Below, in pieces: positions 1-8,164 of a DNA stretch of 30,668 bases; within the stretch, counting starts at the first letter, position 1; each line of letters starts with the position of its first letter. Origin of the DNA: Clostridiales bacterium (lineage in GTDB: Bacteria > Bacillota > Clostridia > Oscillospirales > QAMX01); NCBI GenBank assembly GCA_016285815.1, contig JAEERN010000089.1, positions 1 to 30,668 on the forward strand, read 5' to 3'. Both the position numbers and the translations under genes were made by a program. The notes beneath the pieces were generated by a model. That model did not search any database and was not told the origin of the DNA. It worked only from the letters and a program-made list of their open reading frames with translations.

Positions 1-1528
1 CGCGGCGTCCTCGGCGGCCGCGGCGCTGGTCTTCCGGCGCGTACCGTTTTTCGCGGTGACGGTGCACCTGGCCGCGGGTGCGGCCCTCTCCTGCACCGTG
101 CCGGAGGGGGTGCGGCGGCTGTTCTTCCGCGAAAAGCCGGAGGAGGACGGGGGCGGCCGCTTCCGCATGGAGAAGACCCGACTTGCCGTGCGGCTGAACG
201 GCATGTCCGAGGCGTTTTCCACGCTGGCCGCGCCGCCCGGGGAGACCGGCGGCGGCGAGCGCTTCAGCCTGTTCGGCCGCGCCTGTGAGACGGTCTGCGC
301 GGGCTGTATCAAACGGAGCATCTGCTGGAACGGCGGCGAGGGCCGCCGTCAGGCCCTGATCGCGGCGGCGGACCGCATCTTCGCCCGGGGACGGGCCGAG
401 CCGGAGGATCTGGCCGAGGCGCTGGACTGCCGGTCGCCCGAGGCGTTCTGCGCGGCCGTCACCGAAACGCTGCGCGACCGTCGGCGGGAACAGCTACGCC
501 TCACGGAGAGAGAGGAGGAAGAACGGCGGCTGGAGAGGCAGTTCAAAAGCCTTTCCGACATCCTGGACCTTTCGGCCGAGGAGATCGGCGCGGAGGACCG
601 GGAGGACAAGCTGGCCGAGGCCCGGGTGCGGCGCATCGCCGCGGAGATGGGGGCCGACTGTGAGGCGGTGGTCCGCCGGGACGCCCGCGGCGCGCTGCGG
701 GTCGAGCTCTGCGCCGCGGACCTGTCGGTGCTGTTCCGACAGCCGGACGAGTTCCGCCGCCGGGCGGAGGACGCGCTGGAGACCTCCTTCGAACCGCCGA
801 CCCAGACCGAGGGAAGGCTGTACGCCAGCCTTTCGCTCCGCGAACAGGCGAGGTTCGTGTGCCGCGTGGGCGCCTGTGCCGAGCGGCGCCGGGGCGAGCG
901 CGTCAGCGGCGACTGCGGGACCTATTTCCGGGCGGACGACGGGGTCACCTATGTGATCCTGTGCGACGGGACGGGAAGCGGCGAGCGGGCTCACGGCTGT
1001 GCCGAGACGGCCATGCGCCTGACCGAGAACTTTCTGCGGGCCGGCGTTTCGCCGGCCTCGGCGGTGGAGATCGTGGCCGCGTCGCTGGAGCGCCGGGACG
1101 GCGGCGCGGTCAACGCGACGCTGGACGTCACGGGGATCGACCCCTATTCCTCGGTGCTGACCTCGGTGAAATACGGCGCCGCGCCGGCCTATATCCGTCA
1201 CCGCACGGCGGACGGGCAGTACAGCCTGTCCCGGATCAGCGCCGGCGGCGGCGGGGGAGAGCTCTACGCCGTGGCCGAGGCGTCGGCGCGGCTGTCCGAC
1301 GGCGACATGGTGCTGATCGTCAGCGACGGGGCCGAGTGCGGGCCTGCGCTGGAAAAGGCGATCCTCGGCGTCATGACCGACGATCCGCGGGATCTGTGCG
1401 AGATCCTCATGCGGCTGCTGCCGGGCGAGGCGCGGGACGACCGGACCGTCATCGCCGTGAGCTACTGCGCGACCGACGCGCGGGAACGCCGTCCGGCGCA
1501 CCGGCCGCGGCAGACGGCCGCCGTCTGA
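1..1528 (+). CDS. spoIIE: SpoIIE-like PP2C serine phosphatase, 5'-truncated by window edge
   Basis: Frame is open from base 2, so the ORF-track start at 56 is artificial. End of a hydrophobic segment, then a Cys motif (VCAGCIKRSICW) typical of clostridial SpoIIE, then PP2C motifs GDC..ILCDGTG, ATLD, KYGAAP, IVSDG, DDRTV. Confidence 0.75.
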   Translation, partial: AASSAAAALVFRRVPFFAVTVHLAAGAALSCTVPEGVRRLFFREKPEEDGGGRFRMEKTRLAVRLNGMSEAFSTLAAPPGETGGGERFSLFGRACETVCAGCIKRSICWNGGEGRRQALIAAADRIFARGRAEPEDLAEALDCRSPEAFCAAVTETLRDRRREQLRLTEREEEERRLERQFKSLSDILDLSAEEIGAEDREDKLAEARVRRIAAEMGADCEAVVRRDARGALRVELCAADLSVLFRQPDEFRRRAEDALETSFEPPTQTEGRLYASLSLREQARFVCRVGACAERRRGERVSGDCGTYFRADDGVTYVILCDGTGSGERAHGCAETAMRLTENFLRAGVSPASAVEIVAASLERRDGGAVNATLDVTGIDPYSSVLTSVKYGAAPAYIRHRTADGQYSLSRISAGGGGGELYAVAEASARLSDGDMVLIVSDGAECGPALEKAILGVMTDDPRDLCEILMRLLPGEARDDRTVIAVSYCATDARERRPAHRPRQTAAV

Positions 1529-1539
1529 GCCGGGCGCGG

Positions 1540-1587
1540 AAAAAGACCGCCTCGGGCCCTTGGAAAAGGGATCGAAGCGGTCTTTTT
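1540..1587. terminator. Bidirectional intrinsic terminator between convergent spoIIE and tpiA
   Basis: AAAAAGACCGC...GCGGTCTTTTT outer stem with inner CCCTT-GGAA-AAGGG hairpin; A-tract and T-tract on opposite sides. Confidence 0.8.
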
Positions 1588-1605
1588 GTTCCGGGAAAGA
1601 GGGAT

Positions 1606-2376
1606 TTACTGGTTGGCCGCGTCCACGATGGCCTTGAAGGATTCGGGCTTCAGCGAAGCGCCGCCGATGAGGCCGCCGTCGATGTTCGGCTGGGCCAGCA
1701 GAGCGGCCGCGTTTTCCGCGTTCATGGAGCCGCCGTACTGGATGGTGGTGGAGCGGGCTGCGCGGGCGCCGAAGATCTCGCGGACGGTGTCGCGGATCAC
1801 GGTGCAGACGGCGTTGGCCTGTTCCGGCGTGGCGGTCTTGCCGGTGCCGATGGCCCAGATGGGCTCGTAGGCGATGATGATGTGGCGGATGTTTTCCACA
1901 CTGGCGCCGTTCAGCGCGCTCTTGACCTGATAGCGGATGCGCTCGGTGGTGACGCCGCGCTCGCGCTCTTCCAGCGTCTCGCCGACGCAGATGATGACCT
2001 TCAGGCCGGCTTCCAGCGCGGCGAGGACTTTTTTATTGACGATCTCGTCGGTCTCACCGAAGTACTGTCTGCGTTCGCTGTGGCCGATGATGACGTATTT
2101 GATGCCGAGGTCCGCCAGCATCTGGGCGGAGACTTCGCCGGTATAGGCGCCGGAGTTCTCCCAGTGGACGTTCTGGGCGCCGATGGCGATCTTAGTGGCG
2201 CGGGTGGCCTTCATGGCCGAGCTGATGTCCACGAAGGGGACGCAGAGAACGGTGGTGCACCATTTGGCCTTGGCGATCAGGGGACGCATGGCGTCGACGA
2301 GGGCGCGGGCCTCTTTGGGGGTCTTGTTCATCTTCCAGTTGCCGGCGATGATGGTCTTGCGATATCTTCTGTTCAT
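1606..2376 (-). CDS. tpiA: Triosephosphate isomerase
   Basis: AGNWKMNK, GAYTGEVS, GHSERR, AYEPIWAIGTG, YGGS, DGGLIGGASL; GAAGGGAG RBS upstream. Confidence 0.97.
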   Translation of the reverse strand: MNRRYRKTIIAGNWKMNKTPKEARALVDAMRPLIAKAKWCTTVLCVPFVDISSAMKATRATKIAIGAQNVHWENSGAYTGEVSAQMLADLGIKYVIIGHSERRQYFGETDEIVNKKVLAALEAGLKVIICVGETLEERERGVTTERIRYQVKSALNGASVENIRHIIIAYEPIWAIGTGKTATPEQANAVCTVIRDTVREIFGARAARSTTIQYGGSMNAENAAALLAQPNIDGGLIGGASLKPESFKAIVDAANQ

Positions 2377-2412
2377 GTTATTCTCCCTTCAAAGAATAGT
2401 ATAGTATTGATT

Positions 2413-2430
2413 ATTATAATGAACACGACA
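2413..2430 (-). promoter_or_regulatory. Probable internal tpiA promoter: -10 TATAAT with upstream TGTCG and no good -35
   Basis: Minus strand reads TTTTGTCGTGTTCATTATAAT in an AT-rich 83-bp intergenic gap. Confidence 0.45.
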
Positions 2431-2459
2431 AAATAGGAAACGAACGGGGAAGCGGGAGT

Positions 2460-3653
2460 TCACTCCTTGTCGGCCAGGCAGGCGATGCCGGGCAGAGTGA
2501 GACCCTCGAGGAACTCCAGCGAGGCGCCGCCGCCGGTGGAGATATGGGTCATTTTGTCCGCGAAGCCGAGCTGTTCCACAGCGGCCGCCGAGTCGCCGCC
2601 GCCGATGATGCTGACGGCGCCGCTCTCCGCGATGGCCTTGGCGATGGACTTGGTGCCGACGGCGAACCGCTCCATCTCGAACACGCCCATGGGGCCGTTC
2701 CAGACGACGGTGCCGGCGTCAGCCAGCGCGGCGGAGAAGCAGGCGATGGATTCCGGTCCGATGTCGAGGCCCATCCAGCCGTCCGGGATCTCCATGGTCT
2801 TGACGACCTTGCTCTCGCAGGCCGCGTCAAACTTGTCGCCGATGACCGTGTCGATGGGGAGCAGGAACTTGACGCCCTTGGCCTCGGCCTTGGCGATCAT
2901 TTCTCTGGCATAGTCGATCTTGTCTTCCTCGCAGAGCGAGTTGCCGATGCAGCCGCCCTTGGCCTTGATGAAGGTATAGGCCATACCGCCGCCGATGATG
3001 ATGGTGTCGACCTTTTCCAGCAGGTTGTTGATGACGCCGATCTTGTCGGAGACCTTGGCGCCGCCCAGCACCGCCACGAAGGGGCGCTTGGGATCGCTGA
3101 GGGCCTTGCCCATGATGCTGATCTCTTTGTTGATCAGATAGCCGCAGACGGCGGGCAGATAGTCGGCGATGCCGGCGGTGGAGGCGTGGGCGCGGTGGGC
3201 CGTGCCGAAGGCGTCGTTGACGAAGATCTCGCCGAAGGAGGCCAGCTCTTTGGCAAAGGCGGGATCGTTCTTTTCTTCCTCCGCGTGGAACCGGACGTTC
3301 TCCAGCAGCAGGACGTCGCCCTCGTTCAGCGCGGCGGCCTTGGCCTTGGCGTCCTCGCCGATGACGTCGGCGGCCATGGCGACGGGCTTGCCCAGCAGCT
3401 CGGCGAGGCGGGCGGCCACGGGAGCCAGGCTGTATTTTTCATTGAACTGGCCCTTCGGTCTGCCCAGATGCGAGCAGAGGACGACCTTGGCCTTGTTGTC
3501 GATCAGATAGCGGATGGTGGGCAGGGCCGCGCGGATGCGCGTGTCGTCGGTGATGTTTTTATCCGCGTCCTGAGGAACGTTGAAGTCACAGCGGACGATG
3601 ACCCGCTTGCCGCAGACGCAGATGTCTTCGATGCTCTTTTTGTTGTAAGTCAT
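2460..3653 (-). CDS. pgk: Phosphoglycerate kinase
   Basis: [71 protein letters not shown]. Start moved to ATG 3653 (MTYNKK), which follows an AAGGAG RBS. Confidence 0.97.
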   Translation of the reverse strand: MTYNKKSIEDICVCGKRVIVRCDFNVPQDADKNITDDTRIRAALPTIRYLIDNKAKVVLCSHLGRPKGQFNEKYSLAPVAARLAELLGKPVAMAADVIGEDAKAKAAALNEGDVLLLENVRFHAEEEKNDPAFAKELASFGEIFVNDAFGTAHRAHASTAGIADYLPAVCGYLINKEISIMGKALSDPKRPFVAVLGGAKVSDKIGVINNLLEKVDTIIIGGGMAYTFIKAKGGCIGNSLCEEDKIDYAREMIAKAEAKGVKFLLPIDTVIGDKFDAACESKVVKTMEIPDGWMGLDIGPESIACFSAALADAGTVVWNGPMGVFEMERFAVGTKSIAKAIAESGAVSIIGGGDSAAAVEQLGFADKMTHISTGGGASLEFLEGLTLPGIACLADKE

Positions 3654-3693
3654 AGCTTTCTCCTTCTTAAATTGCTCTGAAACACCATCGAAA

Positions 3694-3722
3694 ATTATAA
3701 TACTTTTTGCCGGACTTTTCAA
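3694..3722 (-). promoter_or_regulatory. SigmaA promoter of pgk-tpiA
   Basis: Minus strand TTGAAA-17 nt-TATAAT. Confidence 0.8.
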
Positions 3723-3867
3723 CAGATATTTAAAAAAAATTTCCGCCCGGATCGTTGTTTTGCCGTTCTAACGATTTTGAGCAAAAAACGGAGCTCTATC
3801 TTTGTGCAATCCGACAAGACAAAATCGTGTATAATGTGCTTATCTAAGGGGAATGGCGGTCGTTTTC

Positions 3868-4362
3868 ATGCTGAACATCGTATTGGTCGAACCGGAGATC
3901 CCGCAGAACACCGGCAACGTCGCGCGGACCTGCGCCGTGACGGGCAGCGTGCTGCATCTTGTCGGGCCGCTGGGCTTTCGGATCGACGACGCCAAGCTGA
4001 AGCGGGCCGGGCTGGACTATTGGCATTTGCTGGACATCCGGCACTATGTCTCGTTTGACGAGTATTTGGCCCGGAACCCGGACGCGGTCCGCTTTTACGC
4101 CACGACCCACGGCGCCCGCTGTTACACGGACGTCTCCTATCCGGACGGGTGCCACATCCTCTTCGGAAAGGAGAGCGCGGGACTGGATCACCGCCTGATC
4201 TGCGAGCACTACGACCGCGCGATCCGGATCCCCCAGATCAGCGAGGCGCGAAGTCTGAACCTGTCCAATTCGGCGGCCATCGTCGTATACGAGGCCCTGC
4301 GCCAGCTCGGATTTCCGGGCATGCGGCTCAGCGGCGACAGACCGGAGGGAGAACATGTCTGA
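3868..4362 (+). CDS. trmL: tRNA (cytidine/uridine-34-2'-O)-methyltransferase, SPOUT family
   Basis: MLNIVLVEPEIPQNTGN, LKRAGLDYW, FGKESAGL, RSLNLSNS. Alternative start at 3853; TATAAT at 3830-3835 upstream. Confidence 0.92.
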   Translation: MLNIVLVEPEIPQNTGNVARTCAVTGSVLHLVGPLGFRIDDAKLKRAGLDYWHLLDIRHYVSFDEYLARNPDAVRFYATTHGARCYTDVSYPDGCHILFGKESAGLDHRLICEHYDRAIRIPQISEARSLNLSNSAAIVVYEALRQLGFPGMRLSGDRPEGEHV

Positions 4363-5488
4363 ACAGCTGCGTCTTTCCGCCCCCGTGGTCATGGGGGTCG
4401 AGGGGCTTTGCGCCGACGAGCTGCGCCGCGCCGGCTTCGCCGACGTGACGGCGGAGGACGGCCGGGTCTTTTTCGCCGGCGATCTGACCGAGGCGGCCCG
4501 GGCCAACCTGTGGCTGAGGACCGCCGAGCGGGTGCAGATCCTGCTGGGGCGGTTTCCCGCCGGAAGCTTCGAAGAGCTGTTCGAGGGGGTCCGCGCCCTG
4601 CCGCTGGAGGCGCTGATCCCCGCCGACGGCGCGTTCCCCGTCAAGGGCCACAGCGTGAAATCCCGGCTGGTCAGCGTTCCGGACTGTCAGCGCATCATCA
4701 AAAAGGCGGCCGCGGTGCGGCTGGGCGGCGTTTACGGCCGGAACGAGCTGCCGGAGACCGGCGCGCGCTATCAGCTGCACTTCACGCTGATCCGGGACGT
4801 GTGCTCGCTGTATCTGGACACCAGCGGCGAGCCGCTGCACAAGCGGGGCTATCGGGCCGAGTCGACGCTGGCGCCCATCAGCGAGACGCTGGCGGCCGCT
4901 ATGGTGATGATGAGCCGCCGCCGCGGGGACCGGCCCATGATCGATCCCATGTGCGGCTCGGGCACCATCGCCGTCGAGGCGGCGCTGATGGCGGGGAACC
5001 GGGCGCCGGGCCTGGCTCGGCGCTTTGCCCTCGAGCGGTTCGCCGGCTTCGACCGGGCGGCGTTCGCGCGCCTGAAAACAGAGGCGCGCGAGAGCGAGAC
5101 GGCCTTCGAGGGCGAGATCTTCGCCTCGGACGTGGATCCGGAGGCTGCCGAGCTGGCCCGGTCCAACGCCGAAAAGGCCGGGGTCGGAGACAGGATCCTC
5201 GTCTCCGTCGGGGATCTGCGCCAGGTGCGCTATCCGGACAGCGGCGTCGTCATCACCAATCCGCCCTACGGCGAGCGCATCGGCGACCGGGACGAGTCGC
5301 GGCGGCTGTTCGCCTTTCTGGGGCGCGTCACGGCGGCGCGGGAGCTGGGCGCCGTGATCATCTCGCCGGATACCGAACTGGAAAAGGCCTTCGGACGAAA
5401 GGCGGACAAGAAGAGAAAGATCTACAACGGCATGATCCGCTGCGATCTGTACTGCTTCCGGCCGAACCGGCTGTTGAAAAAAGCGTGA
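4355..5488 (+). CDS. THUMP-domain class I SAM RNA methyltransferase (RlmL/YpsC-like, probable 23S m2G)
   Basis: ANLWLRTAERV, LHKRGYR, APISETLAAA, DPMCGSGTIAVEAAL, ITNPPYGERIG; overlaps the trmL stop by 8 nt. Confidence 0.88.
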   Translation: MSEQLRLSAPVVMGVEGLCADELRRAGFADVTAEDGRVFFAGDLTEAARANLWLRTAERVQILLGRFPAGSFEELFEGVRALPLEALIPADGAFPVKGHSVKSRLVSVPDCQRIIKKAAAVRLGGVYGRNELPETGARYQLHFTLIRDVCSLYLDTSGEPLHKRGYRAESTLAPISETLAAAMVMMSRRRGDRPMIDPMCGSGTIAVEAALMAGNRAPGLARRFALERFAGFDRAAFARLKTEARESETAFEGEIFASDVDPEAAELARSNAEKAGVGDRILVSVGDLRQVRYPDSGVVITNPPYGERIGDRDESRRLFAFLGRVTAARELGAVIISPDTELEKAFGRKADKKRKIYNGMIRCDLYCFRPNRLLKKA

Positions 5489-5526
5489 GCGGCGGCACGC
5501 CGCCGGGAAAGGGGAGGGATCGGACC

Positions 5527-6399
5527 GTGACCATCCGCGCGTTTCAGATATTCCGCACCGTGTGCGAGACCGAAAGCGTGACCGCCGCGGCGGAGCGGCT
5601 CGGCGTGTCCCAGCCCGCGGTGAGCGCCGCCGTCAAAGAGCTGGAGACGGCCTACGGCGTCTCGCTGTTCGACCGGATGAACCGCCGGATCTATCTGACG
5701 CAGGAGGGGCGCGTGCTGCGCCGCTATGCCGACCAGATCCTGGCGCTGGCGGACGAGGCGGCCGCCGCCGTCCGCGACGGGCGCGGCGAGGCGACGTGCC
5801 GCCTCGGAGTCAACATGACCGTGGCCGAGACCGTGCTGTCCGACCTGATGGCGCGGCTGAAGCGGGCCCTGCCGGGGACGGAGATCGCCGTTCGGGTCCA
5901 CAACTGCGAGGCCATCGAGCGGATGCTGGCGGAAAACGAGCTGGACGCGGCGATCATCGACCGCGCGGCCCTGCCCGGCACCGTGTCCGAGCCTCTGTGG
6001 GAGGACCGGATGCTGGTGGTGGCGGGTCCCTGGGCGCCGGACCGCCTGTCGGCAGAGGAGTTGGCCGGACAGCGGCTTTTGCTGCGGGAAAAGGGCAGCG
6101 GCAGCCGCGAGTGTGTGGACGCGCTGTTCGCCTCGCTGGGGCGCGGCGCGGCGCCGGCGGCGGAGAGCACCTCGACGCTGGGGCTGGCGGAGATGGCCCG
6201 CTGCGGCATGGGGTACGCCGTGTTCCCCGAGCGGCTGGCCGGGCGCTTCTGCGCGGACGGCCGGCTGAAGCCGGTGGCGCTGGACGGCGGGCCGCTGAAG
6301 CGGACCTACTATCTGGTCCGGATGGAGAAAAAATACGTGACCGCGGCGGCGGACCGGATGATGAACGCGGTGAAGGCCTGCTTTGCCGAAGGGTTCTGA
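5527..6399 (+). CDS. LysR-family transcriptional regulator
   Basis: GTG start after GGAGGG; HTH SVTAAAERLGVSQPAVSAAVKELE, LFDRMNRRIYLTQEG; 290 aa; LLLREKGSGSRE as in CysL/YeiE-type proteins. It is the 3' part of the 4408-6399 ORF. Confidence 0.9.
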   Translation: MTIRAFQIFRTVCETESVTAAAERLGVSQPAVSAAVKELETAYGVSLFDRMNRRIYLTQEGRVLRRYADQILALADEAAAAVRDGRGEATCRLGVNMTVAETVLSDLMARLKRALPGTEIAVRVHNCEAIERMLAENELDAAIIDRAALPGTVSEPLWEDRMLVVAGPWAPDRLSAEELAGQRLLLREKGSGSRECVDALFASLGRGAAPAAESTSTLGLAEMARCGMGYAVFPERLAGRFCADGRLKPVALDGGPLKRTYYLVRMEKKYVTAAADRMMNAVKACFAEGF

Positions 6400-6427
6400 A
6401 AGCGGCCCTCCGCGGGAGAAAACGGCG

Positions 6428-6469
6428 AAACGGCCGTCGGGGCGCAGACGCGCCGCAGCGGCCGTTTTT
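6428..6469. terminator. Intrinsic terminator between LysR and convergent MBL gene
   Basis: AAACGGCCG...CGGCCGTTTTT stem with inner GGCGC/GCGCC pairing. Confidence 0.6.
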
Positions 6470-6507
6470 GTTTGGCAGGAGGATTTCCCGGGAAAAGAGA
6501 AGACGCC

Positions 6508-7320
6508 TCACAGGCGGATCCGGAACGCGCCGAAGTCGAAGAGGCCGCTCCCGCGGCGGAGCTTCCCCACCCGGTCCAGAAGGGCGAAGGCCTCGTCCAC
6601 GTCGGCGATCAGGGAGACCGGAAGGTCCAGCGTGTGGTGCCCGGGAAACAGGCGGTCCACCGCCAGCGTCCGCACCCGCCGGACCGATCGCCGGAACTGA
6701 CGCGGGTCCGTGGTGGGATAGAACGCGTCGAGTTGCCCGGCATAGATCAGATCGCCGGTATAGAGCGCCCCGCGCTCCGGCTCGTAGAAGCAGCAATGGC
6801 CGGGGGAATGGCCCGGCGTGTGGATCACGGTCAGGCTCCGTCCGCCCAGCTCCAGCCGGTCGCCGTCCCGCAGCAGGCGCTGCGCGCCGCCCCGGTAGAG
6901 CCTGTAGTCCGCCGGGTGGAAATCCGGCGGGAACGCGCAGGCACAGCCGGTCAAGGCGTCCCGCACCGCCGAAAGCGAAAGCGAAAAACCGCCGGAGACC
7001 CAATCCTTTTCCCGTTCGTGGACGGCGACGGCCCCGGAAAACGATCCGAGTCCGCCGATGTGGTCCCAGTGCGCGTGGGTGACGGCGGCCAGGACAGGCA
7101 GGTCCGTAAGGGCGCTCACCGCGCGCCGGAGGTCCGCAACGCCGAGACCCGTGTCGATCAGGAGCGCTCGCTCCCGGCCGCAGAGCAGATAGCAGTGCGT
7201 CTCTTCCGGGTGCCGCCATTCGCTGAGGACGAAGGTGTCGCCGTCGATCCGGTCGACGGTGAACCACGGCGCTTCCGGGACGGTCCGGTCCCGGGCGCCG
7301 TCCGGCGTTCGGCGTTCCAC
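6508..7320 (-). CDS. MBL-fold metallo-hydrolase
   Basis: LLIDTG, THAHWDHIGG (HxHxDH), HTPGHSPG, TGD, PGHH; GTG start 6 nt after the nth stop, exact start uncertain. Confidence 0.85.
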   Translation of the reverse strand: MERRTPDGARDRTVPEAPWFTVDRIDGDTFVLSEWRHPEETHCYLLCGRERALLIDTGLGVADLRRAVSALTDLPVLAAVTHAHWDHIGGLGSFSGAVAVHEREKDWVSGGFSLSLSAVRDALTGCACAFPPDFHPADYRLYRGGAQRLLRDGDRLELGGRSLTVIHTPGHSPGHCCFYEPERGALYTGDLIYAGQLDAFYPTTDPRQFRRSVRRVRTLAVDRLFPGHHTLDLPVSLIADVDEAFALLDRVGKLRRGSGLFDFGAFRIRL

Positions 7321-7326
7321 GGCGGA

Positions 7327-7965
7327 TCAGACGGTCCGGCCGGCGGAGGGGCACAGGTCCGCCAGGGAACAGGCGGCGCACCGGGGCGAGCGGGCCTGAC
7401 AGACGGCGCGGCCGTGCAGGACCAGCCGGTGGCAGAAGTCGTTGCTCTCCGCCGGGTCGAGCAGCTCGCGCAGGGCGAGCTCCACTTTTTTCGGATCCGC
7501 GGTGTCACAGAGTCCCAGCCGGTTGGAAAGGCGGATGCAGTGCGTGTCCGCCACCACGGCCCCGGGCTTGTGATAGACGTCCCCCAGGATCAGATTGGCC
7601 ACCTTCCGTCCCACGCCGGGCAGGCGCAGCAGGTCGTCCATGTTGTCGGGGACGATCCCGCCGAACTCGGCCAGCAGCAGCACGGCGCAGTTCTTCAGGT
7701 CCGCCGATTTGACGCGGAAAAAGCCGGTGGGGCGGATGTATTCCTCCAGCTCGGCCACGTCGGCCGAGGCGAAGTCCTCCAGCGTCGGAAAACGGGCGTA
7801 GAGGCCGACGGCCACCTCGTTCACGCGCTTGTCCGTGCACTGGGCGGCCAGACGGGCGTTGAACAGAAGCTGCCACGCGTCCCGGTAGTCCAGCGTACAT
7901 TCGGCGACGGGGTATTCGGCCTTCAGGCGGCGGACGGCTTCGCTTGCGGTTTGCATCTTGTCCAT
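7327..7965 (-). CDS. nth: Endonuclease III
   Basis: LAAQCTDKRVN, HhH LPGVGRKVAN, DTHCIRLSNRLG, 4Fe-4S motif CQARSPRCAACSLADLC. True start is ATG 7965 (MDKMQ) after AAGGAG; the ORF-track extension to 8331 is spurious. Confidence 0.95.
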   Translation of the reverse strand: MDKMQTASEAVRRLKAEYPVAECTLDYRDAWQLLFNARLAAQCTDKRVNEVAVGLYARFPTLEDFASADVAELEEYIRPTGFFRVKSADLKNCAVLLLAEFGGIVPDNMDDLLRLPGVGRKVANLILGDVYHKPGAVVADTHCIRLSNRLGLCDTADPKKVELALRELLDPAESNDFCHRLVLHGRAVCQARSPRCAACSLADLCPSAGRTV

Positions 7966-8002
7966 GATCGCTGCTCCTTCGCGGTGCTTTTTTGACGGGA
8001 TC

Positions 8003-8020
8003 ATTATACCACAATCGACA
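8003..8020 (-). promoter_or_regulatory. Extended -10 promoter of nth-MBL
   Basis: Minus strand TGTCGATTG-TGG-TATAAT (TGnTATAAT); no consensus -35. Confidence 0.6.
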
Positions 8021-8077
8021 GAAAAAAACCAGATGCGGCGGCTTGTTTGTTGAAATGACAGAAAGTAAAGACCGGAC

Positions 8078-8106
8078 TTGTAAAAAGAAAGAAAATTTGG
8101 TATAAT
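8078..8106 (+). promoter_or_regulatory. SigmaA promoter of glyA
   Basis: TTGTAA-17 nt-TATAAT with a TG extension. Confidence 0.8.
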
Positions 8107-8164
8107 GATAGGCGGAAAACAGGTCCGCAGGCGCCTGGCCTGCGGGCCGACAGGGGGACACGCC

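Noticed and set aside
859-2436. 525-aa plus-strand ORF and similar ORFs over tpiA/pgk (2544-3680)
   Set aside because: Off-frame or antisense shadows of well-supported genes; Arg/Gly/Ala-rich with no family motifs.
1606-3722. pgk-tpiA without gap/eno
   Set aside because: Split glycolytic operons are common in Clostridia; not unusual.
4408-5526. Apparent 373-aa N-terminal extension of LysR
   Set aside because: Overlaps the RNA methyltransferase in another frame; LysR has its own RBS and GTG at 5527.
6508-7320. Metallo-beta-lactamase resistance gene
   Set aside because: No signal peptide, generic HxHxDH hydrolase motif and no mobile context.
8107-8164. Known riboswitch (ZTP, THF, glycine) upstream of glyA
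   Set aside because: Leader is about 50 nt with a single hairpin and none of the conserved aptamer sequences I can recognise.
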